This document shows, piece after piece, positions 41,818 to 57,640 of a stretch of 64,000 nucleotides of DNA. The notes beneath the pieces are model-generated. The model searched no databases. It was not told the DNA's origin and saw nothing but the letters and a program-made list of their open reading frames with translations. This stretch comes from Octopus vulgaris (taxonomy: Eukaryota): the NCBI GenBank assembly GCA_951406725.2, contig OX597815.1:13144001-13208000 (forward strand), given 5' to 3'. How positions within the stretch are numbered: the first letter of the stretch is position 1; each line of letters opens with the position of its first letter. Made by a program: the position numbers and the translations under genes.

Positions 41818-42939
41818 TACAGCTTTGCAGAAATAACTGTTAAAATTGAACTGCATTCTTCAAAATTGCTCAGCATATTTGTTGTTCAATTTGAGAATAT
41901 TTGAAAGCTAGTCGGTTCAAAATTTGCAGTAAGTATTAGTACAAGGTACAATTATTACTTGCTGTTATAGCAAGTTGATGTAGGTAGTTTCTCGCGTTCC
42001 CTTTCGTCTTTTAGTTCAGGCAATTGAAAAAAACCGCATTGCTTATTGGACGACCCAATAATTGAGATTACAATTAACGTATCTGGATAATGTTTTCCTC
42101 TTTGACAATAAACATTCGTTTTTCTTTTCGAGTCCAAATCAAAGAGAACGGAGAAAATTGTCGGAATAAGTGTTCTGAATATCTTAGTTTTTAATGTATT
42201 TTGGGTTAATTTACTTAGTTGATATGGTTTTTACAGGTAGTGAACATGGGTAAAAAAATATTTTTATTCGCAAATGAAAATGAGTAAATATTACTCATTG
42301 TGCTATATTTAATTATAGTTTATCTTTGCCATATTTTGAAACTAGAAGGTGAAGAACCAGAATATATATTGCTTAACACTGTTTTCTTCTTGAATAAATA
42401 AACCCGCAAATCTAGAATTTTGCAGTCTTTACAAATTAAAACATGCATATGATATGAAAGTGAACGCTATAAAAGGAATTTTGGGTGAGGAACTCAAAAT
42501 AATATATTCAAGTCAACACTTTCTCGCACTTACGGAAATTCCAGTTGGACAACTGGCATTTCTGTAACACAATTCTATAGACAGTGGAAATTAACGATGA
42601 TGGAGTTCGCACAAAATGAACAGAGCTGAATTCAGAGGATATCAAAGTAATTTCTGGATTAAACCCCAAAATAAGATTTCTTCCTTCTTCAACACAATAC
42701 ACCGGGAAATATAAATACAAATAATTGCACATACCATACAAAGCATATATAATTATATATATGTGAATATTATTGTTAATTTAATGTATACATTGCCTAT
42801 ACCTTGTCATAACATACTGACTAGCAGATAAAAATCATTAATGTGACTTTTATCCTTATATTCTATTATGAATTAATATATACATTTTAAAAAAAAATAA
42901 TTTACTTATTTTACAGAATAACATATACTGCATGACTAT

Positions 42940-43443
42940 ACATATATCTCCTCAAAGACATACAGCATCTCGAAAGAGTCCAGAAGTTGGCTACCCGCAT
43001 GGTTCTTGGTCTCAAGAATTTGTCTTATGAAGAAAGGCTGAAGACGCTCGACCTTTATTCTTTAGAAAAACGACGACGCCGTGGTGATCTCATTCTTGCT
43101 CACAACATCATAAGCGGAAAGTGTAACCTCTCGAAAGAGCTGTTCTTCACTCCTGCTCCAGAGCGTCGGCTGCGGGGTCACTCCAAAAAGCTCCATCTGC
43201 GACGATTTCATCTCAATCGAAGGAGGGGGGCTTTCTCCGTCCGGGTTGCGGATCCGTGGAATAAGCTGCCGGACGAGATGGTGAAGATGCCGACGACCGT
43301 TCGGTTCAAAGTCTCCCTTGACCACAAGTGGCCTGAACTCTTTACATGAGCACCACCCTGTACATAACTCCATGGCCTCCTACATGGCCTTGCTTTTTGC
43401 TTTTTGAGCCAAAATTAACTAACTAACTAACTAACTAACTAAC
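42940..43443 (+). mobile_element. 5'-truncated CR1 LINE
   Basis: LERVQKLAT..SYEERL..LEKRRRRGDLI..RGHSKKL..FSVRV..WNKLP..FKVSLD; (TAAC)n tail. Confidence 0.95.
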
Positions 43444-43897
43444 ACGGGACTGCCATGAGATGATTTAAAATTGACTCATCTTGGATATATACGTGAAAAT
43501 AATTGTATGTAAACGTGTGAACCTGTTTTGTATGTTATGTAAAATCATTAGTATTTCTATTTTCCCGTGTATTATGTTGAGGAATGAAGAAAGCTTGTTA
43601 GTGGCTTTAATCCTGGAAATTGAAACGAATTCACAATTAACGTTGTCTTTTAAATATTCTTTCTAGAGCCCGCGTTGAGCCATGCGTATATTGGGTGTTT
43701 TTGGTAGTTTTTTTAAGGTGTCGGCACATGATAGAGATAGTTCGTGTTCGACCATGTTCGCTTAATATAATTATACACATATGTATATTATTATCAATTT
43801 AATTTATAAACTGCTTATAAATTGCTTTAGCATGCTGACTACCTGATAAAAATCATTAACGTGATTTTTACTCGTATATTCTATAATGAATTAATTG

Positions 43898-43948
<51 letters not shown>

Positions 43949-43974
43949 TACGAATCTCTCTATGTATATACAGT

Positions 43975-44273
43975 ATAGACCTACAGCTCTTCAATGCCCT
44001 GCCACAAGAATTAAGACATCTGCATAATGTGGACGTACATGTCTTCAAAATGGAACTAGAGTATTCCTCTTTACAATACCGGGGAAACTGACAGCCCGGT
44101 TTGAGGAACAGATTATGGCAGTGGGATCTTACTCTCTCATATACCAAAATCGCCAACAACTGGGACAAAGGTTCATACAAGAGTGGTGATATAACCCCAC
44201 CCTAGCTTGAGGAAATCAGCAAAACCACGGTGGACGGTGGTGCTGCATAGCTGAAACGAATAAATGAATAAAA
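43975..44273 (+). mobile_element. Degenerate CR1-group LINE 3' end
   Basis: LQLFNALPQELRHL..VFKMELE; the 3' UTR has GGTGGTGCT..GAAAC, as in the 36272 family. Confidence 0.65.
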
Positions 44274-44497
44274 GTATGTATATATTTGCGAAGGAGTATA
44301 AATTTTATTTCATAATGTTGAACCATTTTGAGGTTCTTATAAGGAAGAGCGTACTTTCGAAATGTCAAATACTATTCCTTTCTTCCAGAGCGTGAAACTA
44401 ATACACCTGTTTGCTGTTCTCTCACCTGTTTTCCTCTTTTGTTTTCTATACGGTTGAACTACGTGTGTGTGTGTGTCTGTGTGTGTACATATATATA

Positions 44498-45612
44498 ACT
44501 GGTGGTAGTTTGTTCAACCGATTCCGCTTCAAAGCAAAACTTAAGACTGGGGGCTAACAGTTAGATATTTGCTCTTCGTAGACGATTGTGCACTTGTAAC
44601 ACACGATGTTGAGGACATGCAATGGACTAGGAAGAAATTCTTGCGTGCATCGAAGACATTTGTTGTGATAATGATACAACAAGATAACTAAGCTTCTCCT
44701 TCAGCCCATTAGTGACCATCTTCCTGCTGTTGTCCTTTCTTTATATGTTGATGGGAAATTACTAAAAACAGTTTCCTTGGTAATGTATCTGGGTTCCATT
44801 GTGTCCGATGATGCTAAGAAGGATAAAATAATTGTGTCCACAATCGTTAATGCTAGCTGGAACTTCAGTAAGCTTCATCAAAATCTTTTGAACAGCCACG
44901 ACATATCGTTAAAGGGGAAAGTCGATGTATATTAGTCTGCGGTGCTGCAAATTTGGTTTTGTAACGAAAGTACATCAATTAGATTGACGATCTTTCATAT
45001 CCGATGCTAAAAGCCCGAACTATCATATTTATAAAAGTGAGGTACAAAAAATGCAACATATCAGGTATTGAAGACATCCTCATAAAAAAACAGTTTAGAT
45101 GGTCACGTTATCTGTGAAGTCTGAGAGATATCAAAATTCTGAAGCAACTTGTCTTTGGTAAATTCCCAGCCGTTAGATCTGTTGGAAGGCCGATCTTGCA
45201 CTTCAAAGACAACCTAAAAGACCATCTGAAGCGATGCAAAATTCGATTTTCTACGTTGAAAAAGAAAGCATCCGAATGCAGGACATGGCCCAGGCCTACT
45301 TCTCCTCAGTTCATAGATTTGAGTAAAGTTGACTCCAAAATCGGGACCAACTTTGTGCAAGCATGAAAGCACGCTGGCAAAACGGACCTCCTCTAAAAAG
45401 AAACCTTACCTCTCACTGTGGATTGGTGGTACGAAGCAAAGGAGGCCTTGCTGTCCACCAAAGAAAACATATAGTAAATGTGTCCTCGACTTGTTCCATT
45501 TGCCAAAATATTTGTAAGTCACAAGCAGACCTCAAGAGATACCATTTGTGCCATAGAACATGACTACCGCTTTATTTTACTTAATACTCTTTTGTCGTTC
45601 ACAAGGGAATCC

Positions 45613-45615
<3 letters not shown>
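44498..45615 (+). mobile_element. Degenerate RTE (BovB-like) LINE 3' part
   Basis: GSLFN..FKAK, LLFVDDCAL, YLGSIVS, QFRWS, KQLVFGK, RSVGRPILHFKDNLK and a C-terminal Cys/His cluster; many stops and frameshifts. Confidence 0.88.
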
Positions 45616-45660
<45 letters not shown>

Positions 45661-45665
<5 letters not shown>

Positions 45666-46117
45666 GAAGGTCTGAAAATGCAATTTTAGAGATGTTTATT
45701 CACTTGACCGTTTTCTCTTTTTTAGGAAATAGCAAACAGTCCTTAACTACGCACAAAAGAAAATATCAGAAAGACATGTCAGTTATTCCACTACAGTTTT
45801 TTGTAAATTCTTTGATATATCTTCTGTGGATTTATACACTACCAAACAAACATAATTTTTATTGAACTCAAAATACTTTTTGGAGTCACATTCTGATTAC
45901 TTTCTTACATAATTTCTTGTAAACTGTTTTTAACATTTTCTTATTATTATCAAAGAATGTATATCTGTATTTGAATACTTTGGTGATAACCGGTACTTAA
46001 CAGAACAAAGCTCATAAAAAGCTTTACATTTTACTTTCGACAATCTTTTTTCTGATAAAAGTGAAATCGGTCAAGTGAATAAACATCTTTAAAATTGTAT
46101 TTTCAAACATTCTTTCA
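45661..46117. mobile_element. TA-flanked element with ~60-bp imperfect inverted arms
   Basis: Arms at 45661-45722 and 46057-46117. They carry GAAA.CGGTC plus AATAAA and loosely resemble the arms of the 35491 element. Confidence 0.8.
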
Positions 46118-47234
46118 TATATATTTCCCCTCGTGCGGTACCTTACAAATTTACTTTGTTATATATGTATGCGTGGGGGTATGGGCGTGTGTGTATACAT
46201 AATACATATGTCGAAATGCATGTATGTATGCATGCAAGTATGTACGTATGTGCATGTGTATATGCATATATATATATATATAGATATGCATTTTTATAAA
46301 TATCTATGTGCGTGTGTGTATGTTTGTGCATTTGTGTATATGTGTGTATATGTGTGTGTGTGTGCGTGCGTATTGTGCATATCACTTCTTTCTCAGAGCA
46401 CTTCTGAAGTTTATGTTCTCCAATCATTCAGCATCCTATGGTTCTAACATAGGTACAACTTGGATTCCATTTTTACTTTTATTTTGATGCCCCCGCAGCG
46501 TCATCTGGCATTGGTCCTCAAGAAAACAAATAAACTTTCACAAGCTATGGTTTTACATTGTGTTGACCGCCCCCAAATCCTTTACATTGAACAGATTTTA
46601 CTTGAAGAAAAGTTAGTTGTCGATCACTCAACAATTAGCAGTCAGCACTTAATTACACGATTACGAGAAGACGGTTTATATCAGCTTATACTTAATTGGA
46701 CTTTGCTCCAATTAAAATTACACATATATTAGGGATCTATGATATACATCTCAATGAAGAGAATCAGTTGTAACTTCAATGAAATTCAAGCTCCCACAGG
46801 AAACAATATATATCAAGTGAATACCAGAGAAATGGATATCCAACTTTTCTATATGGACAAAATGACCTTGTACAGAGGTGGGTGGCGATATCGCTTTCGG
46901 TTAGGGGATGGAAAACGCGTTGAAACCACAAGAATTTTGCAGGCCGTTTGTGGTTAATTTCTATCATAATATATTCGTCCGCAAAATAGCTGAGGTAGAA
47001 TTGGCTTCACGAACAGTAAATTTAAGATTTAAATTTCCAGTTAAATATAGGCTTACAGGTGATTCAAATATGGAGCCACGTTAGAATGCACAGCGTCTGC
47101 TAAAACTTTTCTATTTTAAAGTAATTTAAGAATACATAGCTGTTCATTCAATTTATTTTCAATACAACACACAAAGGTACACACATATATCTATGTAGAT
47201 AAAGAAATTTACATATGGGTGTGTTTGTGAGTGC

Positions 47235-47280
<46 letters not shown>

Positions 47281-47929
47281 AAACATATTAATGGAATCGA
47301 CGGACGCAAAGATCAGATTTTACCTCGAAGCAAAAGTAATATATATGATAAATATAACCAATAAATTTAGTCTCAATATATACTTGGTATATAATGCACA
47401 CACATAGACACATCACTGCAGCCGCTTGCATACAGACAAAACTTATTGAAATTGAATTGTAATAGGCTGATGGATTTTGACTTACGTCTTATGTGTATGT
47501 GTCTATGTGTGCTTGACTCTGTGTGTGTGTGTGTGTGTCTTAGTTTGCATGCATAAATTTGTTATATTTCCGTCAAACCTGAATTAATATATGTGATACA
47601 AATATTTCACTGTGTCTAAAGCTGATTGAAATGTATAAAAATATGGAATGTGCAACAGATATATCCGAGCGAACAGCTTTCTAACAAAAACCACATGAAA
47701 AGCCACACAATATTTTTATCAGTAAAATTTATGAGCGACAAAGACACTATTAATACCAAAACGTAATATTTAATTCTAACTTATGGTTAGAGCGCCGAAT
47801 ACTGCACTACTTACCTTGAGAAAACACCTCGTATGTACGCCTGGTGCATAAGAGCACACATTTATCTCATTAGACAACGACAATTGTCTGCTACGACGTT
47901 CGGAACAGCCAGGTTGCGACGCACCTCGT

Positions 47930-48480
47930 CCTTTCACTGGCGAACGTCCAGTAGTCACATACTGGGTACCTAAAGGTCAGGGATAGAAGGAATTTGTCTG
48001 TTCAGGCAAATGCTGAAAATCGTCAGTATGCATATTAATGCCCTCATATTGATTGCAGACGAGTTTCATCTGTTACAGCACCGGAACTGCCAGCGATATA
48101 AAAATATGTGCTTATATGCACCATGCAATCATATGAAAGGCTTTCTCGAGTTTAATAACGCAGAATTCGATGCTCTAGCTATATATCCACCTTCAAAAGG
48201 ATGTCACGCTTGAATTTGGCACATTATCCTGTTTCTATCACTAATAATTATTTCTTAATAATTCTGTGGGATATTTGCGACATGAATGCATGAATGGCGA
48301 CTGAAATTTCATACATCGCTGCCAAAGAGTTTTGGCTGTATTCGGTTACCAGACACCTGTCACTAGGACGAATGTCTGTGAATACGTCAACATCACTTGA
48401 TACGATACATGCACTGCACGTAGCAAATGGTTGTCCGCCGCTCGCACTATAAACATGAGTGTACTTTTGCATCATGCGTA
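47930..48480 (-). mobile_element. Possible very degenerate Tc1/mariner transposase remnant
   Basis: Scattered motifs only: SGGQP..DR..LAAMYEIS, QDNVP, SIPDL..CDYW. Confidence 0.3.
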
Positions 48481-48615
48481 CATATGTGAGGTTCCCTCAA
48501 AAGAAATAGTGCAGGACTTGGCGCTCTATACCACTGCATAACCGTATGAGGTTGGTATTTGTGTGTGTGTGTATGTATTTGTATGTATGCATATGTATGT
48601 ATATGTATGTACGTG

Positions 48616-48697
<82 letters not shown>

Positions 48698-48903
48698 TGG
48701 GTACAAAAAATTCAGGGTGATTACTTGATAACTGTACGTTTTCCCAAATTTATAATGTAATACATGTCTTTCGTGTGGTAATTGTGCGCGGCTGAAGAAG
48801 GCTATTGACATACATATTACATCAGTTATGCATTGATATAAACCGTCTAATAAAGCCAGAAACATATGTACCGCTAAATCCTTTGCATCCTGTTTTTCTT
48901 TTC

Positions 48904-48968
<65 letters not shown>

Positions 48969-49121
48969 CTTGCCGACCAAGTGTGGCGTCCTTGGATTCT
49001 ATTTTTATTTTTCAATTTTGATACACCCCTTAGAGACATCTAGCAATGACCCTCAATCCCTGTAAGATATCTCTTCCAGCTGGCTAACGACACACATTCT
49101 ATGTCCGATTCTGTGTCCAAT

Positions 49122-49327
<206 letters not shown>

Positions 49328-49383
49328 CGACAGGCTTCTTTCAGTTTCTTACCAAATCCACTACAGCTATCGGCCCGACTATA

Positions 49384-49428
<45 letters not shown>

Positions 49429-50458
49429 CATCTAAGATGGAGATCAATTGTAGCTGGCTCCATAATTAATAGAGGTTCACCTCTCCATTAAGACATGTGA
49501 TGCATTGGTGGACTTGTTAACCCACAAATAGAGAATATTTATCCATCATTGTAGTGATGACAGGCTTAATCTTACTATTCGTTATTAGCCTGTGTAGTAA
49601 GAAGCTTGCTTCAAAATCACATGTTTCCAAGTTCAGTGCCAATGTTTAAAATATGCAAAATATATTCAGCTCTGCTGTGTTTAAAATATGTTAAAGAAAA
49701 GATAAGAAAAAATGTATTCTATTTTCGCTGAGTAGCTAAATGTTGTTGATATTCTTGCCTGACTCGTTTATTCGTACGTATGTGTAATTAAATAATTCTG
49801 ACGTCTGAACACAGATCTTACAGCTGCGACTATTCCATCTTTTTTGCCGCACGCTGTCTAGACCACATTATCCATCATTTTATCTTGTCTTTTGACACTG
49901 TGTGTTGAGTCTTTGCTTGTGTTTGTGTCTGTGTTTGTGTGTGTATGATTGTATTTGTGTATGGTTGTGAGTGAGGATGTTTGCGTGCGTTCGTGTGTTG
50001 AGGAGAATTTTATATTTCTCATTTTGTAACCGTGAGACTACATCTAGCTTTCAACTGTCGCTGCTTTTTGTCTTACTTTTATTTATTCTTTTTTTGGTTT
50101 TTCTTCCTTAATAATCTTGTCCAGTTAGAAAATATTACTTCTAAATATACTGGAAAGGTAACAACAGGAGTCACCTTTCGAGTTAATTCTTGCTTTTCTT
50201 TTTTAAAAAAATTTATTTTATATTACTATTGGCAAACAATAGCTTCGTTGGTTATATGTTTCTACTTGCCCAGTCACAGCTCCAGTGTATTTCTAATGTG
50301 GATAGTAAGTAAAGCGTATCTTTCACAGTCTACAGAACAAATATTGTGAGGAACGACGTTCGAAGATCATAGCACTTTGTTGTTGATTTTGACAATGCTC
50401 ACCGTTATATAAATCGGTGAAATGCGAACAGAATCGTATACTTACACACTGTCTCTCG

Positions 50459-50562
<104 letters not shown>

Positions 50563-51122
50563 AAATGTATGTGTGTACATTGTGTGTGTTTATGTATGTA
50601 CACATGTATGTATATGTATGTATATGTGTGTCTGAATTCGTGCGGTGTTAGTGGGTGATGCACACACCTGACGGTTACGGTATGTGCGAGTCGAATTGAC
50701 CCAGTCATGATATCAGCACGTTGATTAACTTCATAAATTGAAAGAGACGAGTAAATTGAATATAATTTTGGTGTAGCACGGAGTAAGACGGCTAGATATT
50801 TAAATAGTTAAGTAACCTATCCGTTGGGCCTTTTCACACTTTCTGCATTACACATTTCACTAACAAATCTAGGTCATCGTCAGGCGACGTTAAATACTGT
50901 CTCGAAAGAGGTGCACAATAATATCGAAGCAAAGGATTCCTGATTCCATTGTGAACGTATAGGCGACACTACCTTTCACACATGCACTCATCCACGCACA
51001 CACACGCACTCATACACATATACATACGTATACATACGTGCATACATCGGTGCATACATACATATATCCGTAGATACATATATTGATGTATGTATGCATG
51101 CATATATATATACACACATATT

Positions 51123-51620
51123 TAATCATATCAAAGGGAAATAGAAATTAATTCAAATTTACATTTCCAATGGTCTAACGTGTAAAAATTTAGTCCAAAA
51201 GACCATACATTAGTCATACTATATGGTGTATATTTAGACACATCAGAAATCCACTCATGGGGAATTCAGCATGCTAGAAAGAACAGCTAGGTTCTATAAC
51301 CACAAAAGTAGGGATAAAATTCGCCAAGAACGAAATGAAAAATAAAAACAGTTTACCATCTAGTTTCCTGGATCAATTGGTTGCTGATTTTAGTTTAGCA
51401 AGTAAAGGAACCCGCCAGGCGCAATCTTCTTCAGCAGGACCGCTTGGAGTTAAACGTATACACACTGGGCGATCAAACTACTTACCCCGTATTTATACGT
51501 CCTAACGTTTATTGCCTTCGCCGACAATAAAAAAATGCCGACTTTTAAAACCGAAAAATTATGCAAAAACTTACAGAGTGTTGAATTACTATGAGTGGAT
51601 TCCTCATGTGTTTAAATATA
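51123..51620. mobile_element. Second copy of the 9604-10196 TIR element, inverted, with right arm truncated
   Basis: Same terminal arm; the interior is the reverse complement of about 9740-10085. Confidence 0.85.
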
Positions 51621-52810
51621 CATACACAAATACATAGATGCCTGTATGCATGCATGTATACATACATACATACATACATACATACATGCATGCATATAGT
51701 GACATACATATATATATATGTACATACATACATACGTAGGTACGTACACACATACATACCTGTAACATAGTTAAAACTGGGATCTCATCGACTGGCACTT
51801 CTATAATACCCATTAATTAATTTCTCAGGTAGAAATTTTGGCAATCTGCAATGCTCGTGTGAGTATCACTATGGAAATGTGTTTTCACACCGGGGAATAT
51901 GTTGCTGCTGCAAACACAAATACTTTAGACCATGTGTCACCCTTTTGATTGACATAAAGTCATTAATGCAACACGTTGAAACCTGTACTGTCACATTTCT
52001 CTATTTGTACCGTTACGATAACCGCTCCAGCTACTAGTTATTAATTGGAATAATGTCAAATTCATTCAGACATTCTTCTTCTACTTTTGCAGAACTTTCT
52101 CTACACCATTGCTGTGTCCAAACCCCAATCCCAGCAATACTCTATTCTTGAGACCATACGTTTTAGAATGTCAACCTTTCTAAAATTCTTCCATGATACT
52201 ATCTTTCATAAGGGTGCTAGCTGCAATGTTCTAAAGCCGATATTTATGGTATCAACAACCCATTGAACAAGACAATCTGTGAAAACCATCGTCCTTGACT
52301 TTTCCTTCAAATGCAGAAGGCGAAATAATTTAAACATTAAAACTTACTTATGCATTGTTTCTGTATTTTAAAGTGTCATATGTTTCTTTCATTTGTATCT
52401 ATACAATGATATGAAATTGATAATCTTTACTTTTATTGCTTAGGGAACCATTTTGTCCGCCGTGACGATTCCAATTAATTATAAAAAGATTATCTTGGAG
52501 CCATATTTCTCCCGAAGGGTGATTTGTCTGTTGGCTCGGAAGGCTGGGTAACCACATAAAATGATGAATGCAAAGAGCCTAATCACCGATAACATAGTTT
52601 GTTATAACGTACCTGTTGGTAATTAAAAGTGAATTATGTGAGTATTTTGCTCAAAGACGAGTAAACAATGTAATAATATCATAGAATTAATAATCCTTCT
52701 AGCCAGGCATATTTTAAATGTAAATGAAAAGAAATACTTTATCATTAAAGAGTAATATCTAGAAAAATGCCAGACATGCTTCACTCTCCATGCATTTTGT
52801 GTTATATATG

Positions 52811-52925
52811 TTTTTATTCTTTTATTTGTTTCAGTCATTTGACTGAAGCCATGCTGGAGCACCGCCTTTTAGTCGAAGAAATCGATCCATGGACTTTTTC
52901 TTCCCACAGGGCCACGGCTGCGCCT
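52811..52925 (-). mobile_element. SINE family A, heavily internally deleted
   Basis: A ~20-bp head remnant is joined to the terminal ~90 bp. Confidence 0.75.
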
Positions 52926-54242
52926 AACAAATATATTAAACAACGGATATGTAATCTGCAACTGAATGCCCTTCATTTCAGCAAATGACCGTTTCGAGAA
53001 CACCCACGTATGTTAAAGCAGTAGTTTCAGTAGCAAGAAAAAAATGTATCCGTACGCTGTTCTGCTCTGAAATATTAGCATTATTTATTCCCATACGTTG
53101 CACAAAACATCTGAGTCTAGTTAAAGATATGGCCATAGGAAATATCATAGAATGTCTAAGTATGTTAAACAAAAAATGTTTTAAATGTATTTCGATTAAT
53201 CTCAATAGAAGAAATAAGGAGAGTTATTTAAAAGAATATTAGATTTAAAAATACGAATAATAATGCTTTTATTACCGAGTAAGATAATAATAATGAAAAA
53301 AAAATGTGATTACAAATAATAGTGAGTGTATAAAAAGGGGGGCTTATTTTTTATCATTGTCAACGACAAATGAAATTGGAAGTATTTTCTACAGTTACTA
53401 TAATGTAGTGGCATCGTTTAACAAAGTTTTTCCCCTGCACGTAATTCTCCCGCACAGAGAACGGTGATCTGAATCATTACTCATGTACTGACGTAGATTA
53501 ACATACTTTATAAAGTATAAACATATACATGTATAATTATACGAGTTCAACTCTATTCGGTTTCGTTGTACTCACGGACTAATTTCTATACTTTAGCCTA
53601 ACAAAATATCCAAAATGAATAACGTTATCAAAAACAAGTGGATAGAATACAAAAGGCAAAACGAGACAACGGAGCGATAGAAATACTGAGTGATACCGCG
53701 ATTAGGAAGAAGGAACAGAGAAATGAAATATAAAATATAGAAAGCAACGAATTGCAAGGCATCGACACCATGAAAAATGGTCAACAGCCATTGTAAAAGA
53801 GAAAAAAAAAACACGATAAGTTGTAACAGACTATCAGAAACCAAACATGTAACAAAACTGTATTGTTATGTAAATATGCAAATTGATAATGTAAAGCAAT
53901 ACTACAGCAAATGTGAGAGTAAAATCCTACGAACGTTTCTTATTACTTGTATATTACAAGCACATTGTATATGTTTTAGTCTCGATAACATGTTGAGCAT
54001 GTATTGCAATGCACTTACGGCAGCATTGCAGCTTCTTTGATTTCAAACACTCAACAATACACTTGTTAAACTGCATATAAGAAACAGTACTTAAAACTGA
54101 AAATATTTAATATATATACACATACATCCATAGGTATGTATGTACGTAAGTATATATGTATGTGCGCATGCATGTAGTATATATGTATGTATGTGTTTGG
54201 CTGTCTGCCTGTCTGTCTATTTATCTATCTGTCTATCTCGTC

Positions 54243-55337
54243 ATGGCCAGGAGGTTGGAACATAGAGCCGACGTGAAATTTTGCGATAAATCTGGGAAGA
54301 CTGCTACAGAGTCAGTGAACATACTTCGGGAAATCTCACGGTCACGAGGTAATGGGTCGCGCGCAACGTTTCGAGTAGCACGGGCGCTTCAAAAGCAGAA
54401 GGCCTTCTCTCGAAGATGATCAGTGATTTGATAGACCTGCCACAAGCCTCAGCCCCAGAAATGTAGAGAAAATTTATCCGGTGGGAGGACAATCAATAAG
54501 ATTGCTGATATTGTCTGTCTGTCGTGTGGGTTTGTGCAGACAATCCTAACAGCCTGTCTCTGAAAAGTTTGTCCCCCACATGCTAACCAGAGAACAGAAA
54601 CGACATTGCATCGAAATATATCCAGATTAACGTTAGCCAGCCGCTGCTGACTCGTCCTTCATGTGAAAGATCATCACCGGTGACGAGAAATAGGTCGACG
54701 GTTACGACCGTGACACGGATCAGCAGTTGTCGTAATGGAAGCGGCTTGGATCTTCAGAACCGAAGAAGACACGACACAGTCGGAGCTCAATTAAGAGCAT
54801 GTTTATCGTTTTATTTCGACATCTGTGGCATTGAGCATCCCGCAATCATTTTCGAGGGTCAGATTGTCAATCGAGACTCCTACTGCGATGTTTCGAAGCA
54901 TTTGATGGAGGACAATCGGTGAAAGTGACCGCATCAGTGGATCGCGAAGAATTGGTTTCTTCAGGACAAAAATGCACTCTGCCACCGAGCTCTCCTTACA
55001 TGTAAGTTTCTCACCAAAAGCAACATCGCATTGCTTCCGCATCTGCTGTATTCGCCAGCTTTAAGCGTCTGCAGACTTACGTCTCTTCTTCCAGATGAAA
55101 ATACAGCTCCAAGGTCACTGTTTTAATAACGTTGTCAAGATCCAGAACGAATCGCAGAAGGCCCTTGATTCGCTTATGGAAACCGACTTCCACGCCGAAT
55201 TCCGAAAGTGACAGGAACGCTGGGACGGGTGTGTATTGGTGTGCAAGGTGACAATTCCGAAGCTGTTGATGTTAACACTTAGGTAAATATTTTATTTTAA
55301 CATAACTAGTCCAAGAAACATTTGAAACTACCTCGTA
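54243..55337 (+). pseudogene. Degenerate mariner transposase with 3' TIR-like end
   Basis: MARRLEHRADVKFC.KSGKTATE, IITGDEK*VDGYD, LPHLLYSPAL and QERWDGCV; ends ...AACTACCTCG-TA. Confidence 0.9.
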
Positions 55338-55980
55338 CAATTCACCTGCAGCTAGTACAGCATGATAAAATAATTTGAGTAAGCTTATAAGGAAATGAAA
55401 CCAAACAACTATCTTTCTCACTAAAATAATTGGTGTGTCGAGAACGCTATTGGTTCTTTAGTGATTAAGTTTTCCACTCCCACATTTTTATTCTTTCTTA
55501 TAGCCTAGATTTTTTTTGTATTCACCATTATAGCGGACTATTTTCAACAAAACTGGCGTATGAATCTGATGAAGACGTTCTCGGCACGGCTACAAGACAT
55601 TCATAACATACCTTAGATTTACTTTGTATACTTGTGAAACACCTACGGAACCTATCTGACATTTGAGGCTGATTATTTATTGATTCGAATATTGCATTAT
55701 AACCAGTGTTTATTGCTTTCCAAATCTTAGCACCTGTCATCTTTGCGGAATTTTCTATCAAATCTCTATCTATGACGAATTATATTTGATGCATTCATTA
55801 ATAAATTTAACTGGTTAGTTAGCGAGTCTCCTGTACTTTCTATGCAGGCATTGCTTATACTAGAAGACAGAAGCTTCGTTTAACCGGTATCAATCAATTG
55901 ACCCTACTACATTATATGTGTGTATGTCTTTGTGTGCACGTGTCTATGTGAATGTGCATCATTCATATACATACCTACAT

Positions 55981-56036
<56 letters not shown>

Positions 56037-56098
56037 ATATTTCGGAATGGTCATATTTAAACGTATATATATATATATATATATATAGATACATTTAA

Positions 56099-56134
<36 letters not shown>

Positions 56135-57010
56135 GTATAAGTGCGTGTGAGTTAATGAATTTATGTATTTATGCATGTATGCATGTATGTATGTACGTAT
56201 GTATGAATGTATGTATGTATGTATGTATGTATGTATGTATGAAATGTATTGAATCATAATTCATAGTGTTTACATTCTTTAGGCAAATTCAGATATATTC
56301 CAGACTTCAATTATTTTCATACAACTATATGCAGCACAGCCTTTCAAAAATTACAACTAATTATCCTACTGATAATTACATTTGCATCTAATACAATTTC
56401 CATTATCTATTACATATTAATATTAATTATATTCTCTGTTTAAAGAAAATCATCGTATATAATTATTGGTGCATTTATATTTAATACATTTATATATTAT
56501 ACCGTCCGTCTGGAGCCAACAATGCATCGTGTCTTCTTTCACGACTGTGTATGCTGGAAATTACAGTCAAATTTCCACAAATATTGCTATGTTTCTATCC
56601 TAGAAATTGCTACGCGATTCTATATCAAATTACTACAGGTTGTGGATTTTCCGCCAATTCAGATGATGACTATTCGTTTATTCGAGTAAATGATTGCATA
56701 TTTGTGAAACTAACAGATGAGTGTCTAAGAATTCCATCAACAAGTGCACCATTCCATAACTAGGGTGGGTGCTTAAATTGCTGGTACAAAAAGAATGGGC
56801 ACTTAGCAATGGACTGCCACTTCTGTGAAAGGACAATATGTTTACCACTAAGTGAAATGCACCTGACGCCAGACATATTGGATATGGAAGTAGATATACC
56901 GGGTCATGTGCTGCCTACAGAACTAAGCACAGAACACGGAAACAAGGAGGTATAGCGACTTTCATCCAAGAAGACCTGGCAACAAACAAATGACCTATTC
57001 TCCCATTGCA

Positions 57011-57636
<626 letters not shown>

Positions 57637-57640
57637 CATA

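Noticed and set aside
46560-46950. LEEKLVVDHSTI as a mariner HTH remnant
   Set aside because: One short motif with no supporting downstream motifs or TIRs.
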